From contig CAITMK010000004.1 in assembly GCA_903893485.1 (NCBI GenBank), forward strand, positions 431 to 64,430: 64,000 bases of DNA, written 5' to 3'. This stretch comes from Candidatus Magasanikiibacteriota bacterium (GTDB lineage Bacteria > Patescibacteriota > Patescibacteriia > Magasanikbacterales > 2-02-FULL-50-9b). The translations under genes and the position numbers were made by a program. The notes under the pieces are model-generated. The model had not been told where the DNA came from. It was given only the letters and a program-made list of their open reading frames with translations, and did no database searches. Shown here piece after piece: positions 21,208-31,258 of the stretch. Each line of letters begins with the position of its first letter. Positions within the stretch are counted from its first letter, which is position 1.

Positions 21208-21720
21208 TCACGGGTCCGATGCAATGGCAGCAAGCATGCGTCGAAACACGCCAAGCGCCTGATCAGGGTTGATCAGAATACCCGGTGGTACACCCGACGC
21301 AAAATTTGTTGGCGGCGACGCAGCGTAGTACCGCCAACCATCAGCATCCCTCCAAATAAGTCGGGCGGGCTCCTTGTAATCTCCCGCTACCTGCAAAGCC
21401 GCGGCCAAGAAAATTGGGCGGGCCAACGGCAGGCCAATGATGACACGCGGAACTTCTATATCATCTGACGGAGCTGCCATGATCACATGACCTTGCTTCA
21501 CGGTGCGCGCGAGCGTGGCCGAAGTGATCCATCCGCCGGGCGGCGTATCTTCTCCTCGGTCAGACCGAAACGACTGAATATGCGCATTCGGCATGATGCG
21601 TTGCATCGCATTCAGAAGCAAGCTGAGCGTTTTGTGAGCAAGCGGCCGGTTCACCATGCTCGGCGATTCCAAGTCGCTCTGCAAATCGGACAATTTCACA
21701 ACGTTATATTTTGTTGACAC
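21208..21720 (-). CDS. GC-rich orphan hypothetical protein
   Basis: GTG start with GGAGG SD; TTGACT-17-TACATT promoter; terminator hairpin at ~21159-21206. Confidence 0.7.
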   Translation of the reverse strand: MSTKYNVVKLSDLQSDLESPSMVNRPLAHKTLSLLLNAMQRIMPNAHIQSFRSDRGEDTPPGGWITSATLARTVKQGHVIMAAPSDDIEVPRVIIGLPLARPIFLAAALQVAGDYKEPARLIWRDADGWRYYAASPPTNFASGVPPGILINPDQALGVFRRMLAAIASDP

Positions 21721-21891
21721 GACTTCCTCCGGTTGGAAACTTAAAACAATGTATCGAATTACTCATTAAAAGTCAATAAAGCAGCCATACATATTTTATC
21801 CACCAGTTTTCCACCATTGACATTATTTATAATCTGTGGAACCCAGTAGATGACCGCGTTGAAGCGGTCCAACAAAGTACCGGAGGTCATC

Positions 21892-22515
21892 GTGTATTAT
21901 TTGGTCGGCACCATTTCGTTCATGAGTGCGTTTGTGTTGGTTTGTGTTTTTAATAGCTGCACTGCTGAGTGCCCCCACTTGGCCACCGATGCGGCGATTA
22001 GCAATGCCGCCGACGCACCAACACCGCCCGATATCACAATTGCAATCGACAATGATGGCGATGGCGTTTTCCCTCCCGAAGACTGCAACGATCACGACCC
22101 AAACGTGTACCCTGGCGCCTATGAGTATTGCGATTTTCAGGACAATGATTGCGACGGCGAGACTGATGAAACGTGGAAGTCACTTTGGGGTGGTTTGTAC
22201 GGAACTCCCTGTTCAGTTACCGACACGAACGGCTGCGTCTCCGTTGGTCGCTGGGGTTGCGACATGGATCATGATTGGCTCGCGTGCAATGCGTCACCTG
22301 TCGTGGCGCATGTTGAAAAATGCAATGGTGCAGATGATGATTGTGACGGCGTCACGGACAACGGCCAGGGATGGCCGATGATCGGTACTGTCTGCACGAT
22401 TATGGCTGGCACATGCACGGTGCCTGGGCTCTGGGCATGCAGCAGCTACACTGAGATGCCCTACTGCACCGCGGAAGATATTCCGTTTCCAGAAACAACC
22501 TGCCTGGAAAACTAA
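21892..22515 (+). CDS. Cys/Asp-rich exported protein with MopE-like putative metal-binding repeats
   Basis: DCNDHDPNVYPGAYEYCDFQDNDCDGETDE and EKCNGADDDCDGVTD; GGAGG SD before GTG 21892; hydrophobic N-terminus. Confidence 0.78.
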   Translation: MYYLVGTISFMSAFVLVCVFNSCTAECPHLATDAAISNAADAPTPPDITIAIDNDGDGVFPPEDCNDHDPNVYPGAYEYCDFQDNDCDGETDETWKSLWGGLYGTPCSVTDTNGCVSVGRWGCDMDHDWLACNASPVVAHVEKCNGADDDCDGVTDNGQGWPMIGTVCTIMAGTCTVPGLWACSSYTEMPYCTAEDIPFPETTCLEN

Positions 22516-22556
22516 AAATGGCGGCCCGGGAAACCCCAGGCCGCCACGAATTTAAA

Positions 22557-24005
22557 TTAGTATGACTTAGCGAATAACACACGCTTGCTTGACGGCTTTC
22601 CGGTTTTAATACAAACACCGGATTCTTCAGGCTGGCTAAATGGAATACAACGAATTGTTGCGCCTGTTTCCTCTTTGATCAAAGCTTCTGTGGCAGCGTC
22701 ACGATCCCAATGTGCCAAGACAAAATTCCCCGCTTCAATAGCTGCAACAAATTCTTCCCAGGTGTTCACGGATTTTGTTTTTTCTTTTTGATATTCGAGC
22801 GCGCGATTAAACAAGTTTGATTGAATTTCAACGAGTAGCGCTGAAATCTCTGTCGGTGCATCAACTAATGCAACCGATTTTTTGTCGCCCGTATCACGAC
22901 GTACTAATACGCACGTACCGGCAGCAACATCTTTTGGCCCAATTTCCACACGAACAGGCACACCTTTCTTTTCCCATGCAAAAAACTTTTCACCCGGGCG
23001 AATCTCGCGAGAGTCCACGCGAGTTTTAATTCCCACTGTTTTTAATGCTACAGACAATTCATTTGCCGCGGCAGTTACCACCGTAGCAGCTTCAGGATTT
23101 GGTGCGATTGTCGTAATAATAGCCTGGATTGACGCAATGCGCGGTGGCATCACCAACCCTTTATCATCGCTGTGAGTCATGATCAAACCACCAATCGAAC
23201 GAGTTGATAATCCCCAACTTGTTTGCCAACCAAATTGTTCAGTATTATTTTCATCCAAAAATTTAACATTAAATACTTTGGCAAAGTTTTGGCCCAAGTT
23301 GTGTGACGTTGCAAACTGCAATGCTTTGCCATCTTGCATCATTGGTTCCAACGTATAAGTCTGTGCCGCACCTGCAAATTTTTCTGAATCTGATTTAACG
23401 CCAGGGATCACCGGAATTGCCATGTAATTTTCTGCAAACTCACGATAGACTTCTTGCATTTGGCGAGCACGTGCATCAGCTTCTTCGTTGGTTGCATGCA
23501 CGGTGTGGCCTTCCTGCCACAAAAATTCTGTGGTGCGCAAAAATAAACGCGTGCGCAGTTCCCAACGAACCACGTTTGCCCATTGATTAATTAAAAGTGG
23601 TAAATCGCGGTATGAATGAATCCAATTAGAAAAAACTTCGTAAATAATTGTTTCCGAAGTTGGGCGCACCACCAGTGGCTCATCTAATTTTTTACCGCCC
23701 GCATGAGTTACCATCGCAACTTCAGGCGCAAAACCTTCAACGTGCGCTTCTTCGCGCTTCAATAAGCGTTCAGGAATGAGCAATGGAAAATATGCATTTT
23801 CAACACCGCTTTCTTTGAATTTTTCATCCAGCGTTTTTTGAATTGCCTCCCAAATGGCATAGCCGTACGGCTTAATCACCATACAACCCTTCACGGGCGA
23901 ATGCTCCGCGAGTTCTGCAGCATCAATAACATCAAGATACCACTGCGAATAGTCCTCGGCGCGGGGGGTGATTTTTTTGTCGGCAAATTTGTCCATAGTG
24001 GGCAT
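22557..24005 (-). CDS. proS: Proline-tRNA ligase, archaeal/eukaryote type
   Basis: VRPTSET, FLRTTEFLWQEGHT, QTSWGLSTR, C-terminal FAKSY. Confidence 0.97.
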   Translation of the reverse strand: MPTMDKFADKKITPRAEDYSQWYLDVIDAAELAEHSPVKGCMVIKPYGYAIWEAIQKTLDEKFKESGVENAYFPLLIPERLLKREEAHVEGFAPEVAMVTHAGGKKLDEPLVVRPTSETIIYEVFSNWIHSYRDLPLLINQWANVVRWELRTRLFLRTTEFLWQEGHTVHATNEEADARARQMQEVYREFAENYMAIPVIPGVKSDSEKFAGAAQTYTLEPMMQDGKALQFATSHNLGQNFAKVFNVKFLDENNTEQFGWQTSWGLSTRSIGGLIMTHSDDKGLVMPPRIASIQAIITTIAPNPEAATVVTAAANELSVALKTVGIKTRVDSREIRPGEKFFAWEKKGVPVRVEIGPKDVAAGTCVLVRRDTGDKKSVALVDAPTEISALLVEIQSNLFNRALEYQKEKTKSVNTWEEFVAAIEAGNFVLAHWDRDAATEALIKEETGATIRCIPFSQPEESGVCIKTGKPSSKRVLFAKSY

Positions 24006-24101
24006 AGCTTAACATAATACATTTGTGCAGGCAAATAAAAAACACCCGCTGCCCCAGCAATTTTGTGCCGGTGCAGAAGGTGCCGCTGCCCGCGATGCGA
24101 A

Positions 24102-24632
24102 TCAAGCCGCGAGTAGTGTGTTGCCCGTGATCGCCTTAATCTGCTGCGCGAGATTGCCGCCGCCGAAACCAGGCATGCGGCCAAAGAGCTCGACCGCGAA
24201 GGCCTCGTCCACGATCGCCGTGGCGCCAGAAAACGAGAGGATTAAATCGTAATCTCTTGTTTTCAACCGCACCGCACCCGGCCACTTGTCTTCGGCTTCG
24301 CACCGGCTCTCAAAGCTGGTCAGGTGCTTGTGGTTGCTGGCAAGCCGCACCGCCTTTTCAATGGCAAGTGCAGCATACCGGGCATATTTTTCTGGCACTT
24401 CAACTTCGCCAACCTGCATGAGCAGGATGAGCCGCGGCGCGACGCCGTTGCCGTGGGAATACATGGCGTCGTAGAGCGCAAGATAACCGCCACTTCGCCA
24501 AGCCATTCCCTCGTAATTGCGCCCCAGGAATTCTTCGAACAAACATTCCGCCAAAAACGGCAGATTCATCTCTCGAAGCCTTCCATGCAAACGCAATTGA
24601 CGCCCTCGTTCTGGTGAAATCGAACCTCTCAT
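24102..24632 (-). CDS. GC-rich orphan hypothetical protein
   Basis: TTGACA-17-TAGCCT promoter, GGGGG SD, GC hairpin plus T-run at ~24037-24084. Confidence 0.68.
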   Translation of the reverse strand: MRGSISPERGRQLRLHGRLREMNLPFLAECLFEEFLGRNYEGMAWRSGGYLALYDAMYSHGNGVAPRLILLMQVGEVEVPEKYARYAALAIEKAVRLASNHKHLTSFESRCEAEDKWPGAVRLKTRDYDLILSFSGATAIVDEAFAVELFGRMPGFGGGNLAQQIKAITGNTLLAA

Positions 24633-24743
24633 TATAGCCCCCATCCGTAGCGGAAATTATCGCTCGGTTACTAAACAGGCTACTCAAAAAAAAATCGTTT
24701 GTCAATACTCGACAATTGAGGCCACATGCGCTATCCTAATCAT

Positions 24744-25973
24744 ATGAAAATCGCAATCATTGGTGGCGGCGCCGCAGGCCTCATGGCTGCCGCAACAATT
24801 TTAGAAGAAAACGCCGATGCAGAAGTTTTTTTAATTGAACAAAATACCGGCCTTGGAAAAAAGGTTTTGATTTCTGGTGGCGGCCGTTGTAATGTCACCA
24901 CGGGCATTCGCAACATGAAATTTTTATTCACGCGCTATCCACGCGGCGCAAAATTTTTATCCTCAGCGCTTTACAATTTTCCACCCGAAGCCGTGTACGA
25001 ATGGTTTGAGTCGCATGGCGTGCCATTAAAAATCGAAGAGGATTTACGCGTCTTCCCTATTTCTAACGATGGCCACGATGTGGTTCGTGCGTTTGAAAAA
25101 ATATTTACCAAATCGCGTGCGCACATTTTGCTTTCACATGCGGCAAATAAAATTGAACGTGCTGACGAACAATTTGTAATACATTTTAAAATTGATCCCG
25201 CAATCACCGTGGACAAAATTATTTTAACCACCGGCGGTCAAGCATATCGTCACACTGGCTCAACGGGCGATGGCTACGCTTTCGCGGAATCTCTTGGCCA
25301 TACCATCACGCCGCTCGCTGCCAGCCTGAGTTCATTTATTGCCCGCGACGCATGGGTCAAAAGTTTAGCTGGCGTTTCTTTTGAATACGTCGGGCTTCAC
25401 ACCGATCGTGGCCCGTTACCAACGCCAATCGAAGGTCCAATACTTTTTACACACCATGGCATTACCGGCCCCGCGGTGTTTGCATTTTCGGCGCTCAAAG
25501 CCTTTGAGCTAGCAACTCCAAAACAACCGCTCACCATTTTCTTAAATTTATTTCCTGACAAATCGCCGGAAGCTTTTTTTACACAGCTACAAGTGGCGTG
25601 CCAATGTAATGCCAAGCGATCGATAGAAAATACCATCGCAACCCTGGTTCCAAAATCAGTTGCAAAAATTTTGTGCACGCTTGCCGCAATTGAAAGCGAA
25701 CGGCACGCGGCTGAAATTTCAAAAAAAGAATTGGAGGGCTTGCGCAGCCTCATGCAAAATTTACCAGTGCACACGATTGGCCGCGGCGCGGGCGATGAAT
25801 TTGTAACCGCGGGCGGCATAACTTTGTCTGAGGTAAATCCAAGCACCATGGAATCTAAAATTACCCCTGGACTATTTTTTGCAGGCGAAATTTTAGACAT
25901 TGACGGATTTACCGGCGGGTTCAATCTGCAAGCATCCTGGGCAACAGGGCGTTTGGCGGGAAAAAGTATATAA
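24744..25973 (+). CDS. HI0933/BaiN family flavoprotein
   Basis: IIGGGAAG, GKKVLISGGGRCNVT, GSTGDG, VTAGGI, GEILDIDGFTGGFNLQ. Confidence 0.93.
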   Translation: MKIAIIGGGAAGLMAAATILEENADAEVFLIEQNTGLGKKVLISGGGRCNVTTGIRNMKFLFTRYPRGAKFLSSALYNFPPEAVYEWFESHGVPLKIEEDLRVFPISNDGHDVVRAFEKIFTKSRAHILLSHAANKIERADEQFVIHFKIDPAITVDKIILTTGGQAYRHTGSTGDGYAFAESLGHTITPLAASLSSFIARDAWVKSLAGVSFEYVGLHTDRGPLPTPIEGPILFTHHGITGPAVFAFSALKAFELATPKQPLTIFLNLFPDKSPEAFFTQLQVACQCNAKRSIENTIATLVPKSVAKILCTLAAIESERHAAEISKKELEGLRSLMQNLPVHTIGRGAGDEFVTAGGITLSEVNPSTMESKITPGLFFAGEILDIDGFTGGFNLQASWATGRLAGKSI

Positions 25974-25975
25974 AA

Positions 25976-26002
25976 CAAAAAGGGCCTTGAAGGGCCCTTT
26001 TT
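25976..26002. terminator. Bidirectional terminator
   Basis: AAAAAGGGCC-TTGAAG-GGCCCTTTTT. Confidence 0.8.
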
Positions 26003-26014
26003 GAGACGCTGTAA

Positions 26015-26089
26015 TTATGCAGCTGCTTCTTCTGAAGCAACTTCTTCTGCAGCAGCTTCTGGAGCTACTACGATTTCTTCTTCTGTCAT
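26015..26089 (-). CDS. Unannotated 24-aa acidic peptide MTEEEIVVAPEAAAEEVASEEAAA
   Basis: Own TTGACA-17-TATAGT promoter (26167-26139), downstream terminator, GAA/GCT/GCA codon bias as in rplL. Confidence 0.65.
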   Translation of the reverse strand: MTEEEIVVAPEAAAEEVASEEAAA

Positions 26090-26169
26090 AGTGATCTTCG
26101 TAAGTGAGTAAAACAGCGTCTAATATCCGCTGTTCGGGACTATACCTTACAAAGCGATTCCTGTCAAGC

Positions 26170-26559
26170 TTATTTCCCTTTGATTAGAGAAAATTTGCCA
26201 CCTCCCGCGAGCACGAGTGCTACACTTGCGAATAAAAAGATCGATGGCGACATAAGCGACTTAAGATCTTTTGGCACTACAAAAATAGCAACTGCCATGG
26301 TAATGGTCAAAAAGATTGAGGCGATGCGAGTTCCAATACCAAGTAATACCGCCAAACCACCTACTATTTCTGCAGCGATTGCCATATAGGTCCAAAATGG
26401 GTTAAAGCCCATGTGTGCAAAACCTGCAACCGTTCCGCTTAAATTAGTGATCTTTTCCCAGCCGGCAAGGAACATAAATACGCCCACACCGATGCGAAGC
26501 ACCAGCAATCCAGCGTCAGTGCTCTTCCATGAACATTTCTTACAAAGTGTATTGAACAT
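26170..26559 (-). CDS. DoxX family membrane protein
   Basis: GLLVLRIGVG..G..K, AEIVGG...G..TR, GGGKFS. Confidence 0.9.
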   Translation of the reverse strand: MFNTLCKKCSWKSTDAGLLVLRIGVGVFMFLAGWEKITNLSGTVAGFAHMGFNPFWTYMAIAAEIVGGLAVLLGIGTRIASIFLTITMAVAIFVVPKDLKSLMSPSIFLFASVALVLAGGGKFSLIKGK

Positions 26560-26630
26560 AAAAAAATTTATTCGCCCCCATCATACCGCACCTGTACCTT
26601 TCTTGCCATACCCTGTACTATACAAGCACT

Positions 26631-27200
26631 ATGAGTATTCGAACCGCAACCTTCGTCAAAGGCGTCCGTGGCCCTGATGCCATCTTATCTGATGGCCATG
26701 ATCAATACGCCATGATTGGCCGCTCAAATGCAGGCAAATCAAGCCTCATCAATTCCCTAACCAACCAAAAAGGACTTGCCAAAACAAGTTCGTTTCCTGG
26801 CCGCACTCAGGAGCTTAACTTTTTTTTGATCAATAAGAAATTTTATTTAGTTGATTTGCCGGGCTATGGCTATGCAAAACTTGGTCATGAAAAACGCAAT
26901 AAACTGCAAGACCTATTGAACTGGTATTTTTTTGAATCTGGTACCGAAATAAAAAAAGTAATCTTAATTATCGACGCAGAACTTGGCCCAACCGCCAGCG
27001 ACATCGAAATGCTTCATGCGCTTATGTTGGCAGACAAAGATATTATTGTGGTGGCAAATAAAATTGATAAAATCAAAAAACCGTCGCAAGCAAAACAGCT
27101 TGAAAAAATTAAAAGTTTAATTGGTAGTCATCCAATTATTCCGTACTCATCGGAGCGCCGGACCGGGATGAACGAACTTTTAAAAGAGATGCTCGCATAA
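26631..27200 (+). CDS. engB: Ribosome biogenesis GTPase YihA/YsxC
   Basis: GRSNAGKSSLIN, PGRT, DLPGYGYA, NKID. Confidence 0.96.
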   Translation: MSIRTATFVKGVRGPDAILSDGHDQYAMIGRSNAGKSSLINSLTNQKGLAKTSSFPGRTQELNFFLINKKFYLVDLPGYGYAKLGHEKRNKLQDLLNWYFFESGTEIKKVILIIDAELGPTASDIEMLHALMLADKDIIVVANKIDKIKKPSQAKQLEKIKSLIGSHPIIPYSSERRTGMNELLKEMLA

Positions 27201-28317
27201 GAAATGCGCAAGCTCGAACGATCCCCCGAATATTTGCATACAATAATTTTTTGTCATACCACGGAATAAACCGCCAACGACCGCCCACATTAAAAATCCA
27301 TTTTGAGATTTCGATTACTTTAAAATTACGCAGCGACCACATGATGTGGCGTGAAAAAATACAAATGAAGATTCCCGTGGCCGTAGGCCGAAGCAGCTCT
27401 TTTTTTTGTACAAAACAGTTGCGAAGCGCTTCAGAAAAATCCATGCCCGCAAATTCCGCCAATCGAAACCAGGCATTCGCACGTAAATCTGCTTCGACTA
27501 AATAAAATTCTTTGGTTTCTGCGTGCTGCAAATAGGTCATCGATGCAAGACCGTGTATTGTGAGTGCATTTCCCGCTGCCTGAATAATAGATTCAAGCTC
27601 GGGGCACACAAAATATTCTCGTTCAACCGAAACTGCAAACGCACTGCCCGAGGTATGAACGACTTTTGAACACACGTATCCCCGAAGTTCCCCCGCATCA
27701 AATATTGCCTCAACGCCGATCGTCTCTCCTGGAATGTATGCTTGAATTAGTAAATTATTTTTTTGTGTTTCAGAAAGCGACGCGATTTTTTCTTGAGCCT
27801 CAACAGCAGTATTACATAAAAAAACGCCGCGCCCGCCTCCGCTAAAATCAATTTTTAACAAAAGAGGAAATCCGATTTTTTCAAATGTTGCATTCAAATT
27901 AAGATCGTCCGCATATATTACAAATTGCGGCGTCTGAATACCATACGTCTGACACAAAATAGAAAGTCCCGATTTTGAACCAAGCATGATTCTATTGTTC
28001 AAGTTTGTAACAGGCAAAATTTTAGTCGCCAACACCTCGTCTTTAATTTCATTATTCATGATATGTAGCGCTGACTCATCGGTCAAAATTACTCGATCAT
28101 AATCACCTACCGTAACAAGCGCTTCAAGCTGCGACGCAAATTTTTCTGGAGATTCATCATGCGAATCATGCCACACTGCCCAATATTTATTTTTTTTAAG
28201 CCAGGATTTGTTTGAACAATAGACATCGACCACCGCACCAGCGCGATGAAATAAATATGGAATTTCAGATGAAACTTCTGAATTTTTATAATCTACCAAC
28301 AGCACCCAATATTTCAT
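27136..28317 (-). CDS. ATP-grasp domain protein
   Basis: GFPLLLK...GGGRGV, LIQAYIPG, YLVEADLR. Confidence 0.75.
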   Translation of the reverse strand: MKYWVLLVDYKNSEVSSEIPYLFHRAGAVVDVYCSNKSWLKKNKYWAVWHDSHDESPEKFASQLEALVTVGDYDRVILTDESALHIMNNEIKDEVLATKILPVTNLNNRIMLGSKSGLSILCQTYGIQTPQFVIYADDLNLNATFEKIGFPLLLKIDFSGGGRGVFLCNTAVEAQEKIASLSETQKNNLLIQAYIPGETIGVEAIFDAGELRGYVCSKVVHTSGSAFAVSVEREYFVCPELESIIQAAGNALTIHGLASMTYLQHAETKEFYLVEADLRANAWFRLAEFAGMDFSEALRNCFVQKKELLRPTATGIFICIFSRHIMWSLRNFKVIEISKWIFNVGGRWRFIPWYDKKLLYANIRGIVRACAFLMRASLLKVRSSRSGAPMSTE

Positions 28318-28327
28318 ACAAAACTTT

Positions 28328-29854
28328 TTACACAAAACCTGGGAAAAAATCAGTCTTTATTTTATTTTTATGCACGCCCATTTTTACCAAAATAGTTTCA
28401 AACGCCGTGACCATTCCATGAGGCCCTGAAATGTAAAAAACTCTTTGTTTAAAATCAGGAATTTTTGCCGCGATCATTTCCGCCGTAATCGGCCCAACCT
28501 GCCCTTTCCAATCAGCGGGCACGCTTGCGGTATCAGTAATCGTATAAATAGCTTTCATTCCAAAAACTTTTACGGCCGTATCAAAAATGTCTGCATATGC
28601 AATTTCTGAGACATTTTTATTACTATACAGCAACGTAATGTCTCGTGGATCATCTGAATCGATTAAATATTTGACCATACTACGAAATGGCGTAATACCA
28701 ATTCCACCCGCAATAAATACGCTCTTTTCTTTTTTATCTTTTGGCAGTGTAAAATCACCTGCTAACTGACCGCTTAATATTTGTTCACCTGGCTGCATCG
28801 CCAACATGGTTTGTTTATAACTACTTGCGGGCTCATAAAACTTTACGCCCATAATAATTTCAGATTCTGTTGGCGAAGATGCAATCGTAAAATACCGTCG
28901 ATTGCCTCGATTATCTGGATGATCATGACCCACGGTCCATTCCAGATATTGGCCCGCGCGAAAAGATAATTTAGTATCAGGTGTAAAAATAAAATTATAC
29001 ATGTTCGGACCAATCAAAACTTTTTCTTTAAACGTGAGCAGCAATTTCTTTTTGGGACTTACCGCATACGAAAAAATATTTCCTGCAAGTAACGCTAATT
29101 CTGGTGTAAAGAAAAAGGAGCCCACATGTGCCTGCGGTACAAAAAGTGCACCTACCAATGCGCCGTATGCAATTTGCAATCCACGCGTTGGCGGCGTGGT
29201 GAGCGGCTCGCTGAGCATGACAAATGCAAAGAAAAAAAGTGGCGAACTAAGTAAAAACTTTTGCGTCGCCGGGCCAACGGGAAACCCCGCAAGAAAGTCG
29301 AGAGCAATAAATGTACCGAGTGCCACAATAAAAAAACTAAGCATGAGATCCCACCGTCTCATTTTTCTGATAAGCAAAAAACCACCAATTACAACAAATG
29401 GAAGCAGCGCGGCCGTGCCGACCCACCAGCTTGCAGACTGATTTATCACCAGTGCGGTAACAGCCACCGAAAATGCCACGGGGTTAAAAATATGCTTACG
29501 ATAAATTGCCAAAATATATTTTGATGCCTGCGACAAAACTGCAGCCCAAATAATAAATCCAAAATAAGCGACATCTGGCGTTTTAATCGGTGAAATAATA
29601 AGCGCCAAAATCAATGCCGTTATGTAAACCGATTCAACATTTGTTGGCACCTTAAAAATCCATGATGAAATCGTGTTTGCAAGCCAACACAAAAGTGTAA
29701 TCAGTATGGTTGAATACAAAAGGCTAATCGGCCCAAATGGCATGAGGCCAAACACACTTAAAATAAAAGCGGCGATTAACAACCCAATTACGTAATACAA
29801 AACCAACCGATACATGGTGATCTTATTCAAAAAATTATCGATGGAGGTAAACAT
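28328..29854 (-). CDS. RnfD/NqrB-like membrane domain fused to FNR-type FAD/NAD(P) oxidoreductase
   Basis: KHIFNP and MLSEPLTTP membrane motifs; RYFTIASSP, IAGGIGITPF, YISGP. Confidence 0.85.
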   Translation of the reverse strand: MFTSIDNFLNKITMYRLVLYYVIGLLIAAFILSVFGLMPFGPISLLYSTILITLLCWLANTISSWIFKVPTNVESVYITALILALIISPIKTPDVAYFGFIIWAAVLSQASKYILAIYRKHIFNPVAFSVAVTALVINQSASWWVGTAALLPFVVIGGFLLIRKMRRWDLMLSFFIVALGTFIALDFLAGFPVGPATQKFLLSSPLFFFAFVMLSEPLTTPPTRGLQIAYGALVGALFVPQAHVGSFFFTPELALLAGNIFSYAVSPKKKLLLTFKEKVLIGPNMYNFIFTPDTKLSFRAGQYLEWTVGHDHPDNRGNRRYFTIASSPTESEIIMGVKFYEPASSYKQTMLAMQPGEQILSGQLAGDFTLPKDKKEKSVFIAGGIGITPFRSMVKYLIDSDDPRDITLLYSNKNVSEIAYADIFDTAVKVFGMKAIYTITDTASVPADWKGQVGPITAEMIAAKIPDFKQRVFYISGPHGMVTAFETILVKMGVHKNKIKTDFFPGFV

Positions 29855-29855
29855 A

Positions 29856-30596
29856 TTAGGTAATCACGTATTTTTGAAAATGAGATGTCTGCGTTGCAAT
29901 TCCTTTTGCATCAATACTATAGCCTTCAAGCCCGGGCATTGCTTCGATAAAATTTATTCCTGCGCGGCCCATGGCAAAAGCGGCTGTTGCAAAACGATCA
30001 GCTTCGTATACATTTGGTCCAACAACCGTAAGACTCACGATATCGGTAATTGGCTGCTCTGGACTCTTGGGGTTGTAAATATGAGACCCGCGTTCATACG
30101 TACCAGACGTTGCGACACCTTCGGTGGTAATTCGCAAAATCTTAATCACTTCTTCTTTTTTAAACGGATTACGAATGCCCACGCGCCACTCGTGCAATTC
30201 ATCGGGCACTCTTGCTTGAATATCGCCGCCCGCATCGATGAAAAAATAATCATGGCCAGCTTGTTTCAAGATGTCACTTGCCTTCCAAATTGCCCACCCT
30301 TTTACCACGCCAGATGGATCACAAAAACCATTTGGCGCGCACATATCAAAATAACCATTACTTTCTTTTTTTGTTTGCGCGGCACATTTAAAAATCTCTT
30401 GCATGTCCGCACTATAGGCATCCGGCGCAATTTCACCCCGATTAATTTTACTTATTTCGCTATCCGATTTATACGTGCTAAATTTTTCATCGATGTAAGT
30501 GAGGTATGCAAAAACGGATTCGCAGCCCCCCTTTTCATCGCCGCCGCGAATATCAACAGTTACATGCATTCCCATGAGATCTTTGGTTTGTTGCAT
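29856..30596 (-). CDS. apbE: FAD:protein FMN transferase ApbE
   Basis: MGM, FSTYKSDSEISKIN, DPSGVVKGWA, DAGGD, ATSGTYERGSHI, ADRFATA. Confidence 0.92.
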   Translation of the reverse strand: MQQTKDLMGMHVTVDIRGGDEKGGCESVFAYLTYIDEKFSTYKSDSEISKINRGEIAPDAYSADMQEIFKCAAQTKKESNGYFDMCAPNGFCDPSGVVKGWAIWKASDILKQAGHDYFFIDAGGDIQARVPDELHEWRVGIRNPFKKEEVIKILRITTEGVATSGTYERGSHIYNPKSPEQPITDIVSLTVVGPNVYEADRFATAAFAMGRAGINFIEAMPGLEGYSIDAKGIATQTSHFQKYVIT

Positions 30597-30599
30597 AGA

Positions 30600-31253
30600 T
30601 TAGCTCTTTGCCTGCGACAACGCAGCACCGAGCGACTGCTGAAACGCCTGACTCGTATCAGTTGCACCTGACACAATATCGACGTTTGCATTCTGCGCTG
30701 AAATAGCTTCTGAGATCAAATACGGCATTGCATAATTATTGATACTAATCGAATGGTTGCGATCATTTGGATATTGCAAAAAAGCAACGTTCGAAATTTT
30801 CCCCCCAGATATGGTGACGCGAACTTGGACAATGCCATAATACGCATCCGCCTGACTACCCGTATATTGCCCGTCTGTGTACATCCCCTTTGGTTTTGGT
30901 GGCACAATAGGTGCTGGTGGAGGAGGTGGCGCTTTAGCAGGTACCACCGGCTTTGGTGGAGCCGCTACCACGGGTGTTTTAACAACCTTTGGGACTGGTG
31001 CTGAAATTGGTGTTGGGACTACCGGTACTGGAATTGGCGTTGGCGCTGGCGCCGGTTGTGGCGCTTGTACTGGAGCTGGTATTGGGGTCGGCGTTGGTGC
31101 TAGCACTGGCGTTGGCTGCGGCGCAGTGGCAACTACAACAGGAGCGGCCGAATGAACGATTGATACACTAAGATCTTGGCTTAATCCGCCTTGATACGCA
31201 GCATATGCGGCGAAACTTAAAATTATTACGGATGCGTAAATGAATTTCTTCAT
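30600..31253 (-). CDS. Membrane-anchored FMN-binding protein with Pro-rich stalk
   Basis: DGQYTG and VDIVSGATDTS flavinylation motif; PAPTP repeats. Confidence 0.9.
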   Translation of the reverse strand: MKKFIYASVIILSFAAYAAYQGGLSQDLSVSIVHSAAPVVVATAPQPTPVLAPTPTPIPAPVQAPQPAPAPTPIPVPVVPTPISAPVPKVVKTPVVAAPPKPVVPAKAPPPPPAPIVPPKPKGMYTDGQYTGSQADAYYGIVQVRVTISGGKISNVAFLQYPNDRNHSISINNYAMPYLISEAISAQNANVDIVSGATDTSQAFQQSLGAALSQAKS

Positions 31254-31258
31254 ATTTA

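Noticed and set aside
27136-27200. 65-bp convergent overlap of engB and the ATP-grasp gene
   Set aside because: 3' overlaps are common in compact genomes; no sign of function
30870-31140. Short tandem-like GGTGCT/GGCGTT repeats and a Gly-rich + ORF
   Set aside because: Explained by the Pro-Ala-Thr stalk coded on the minus strand
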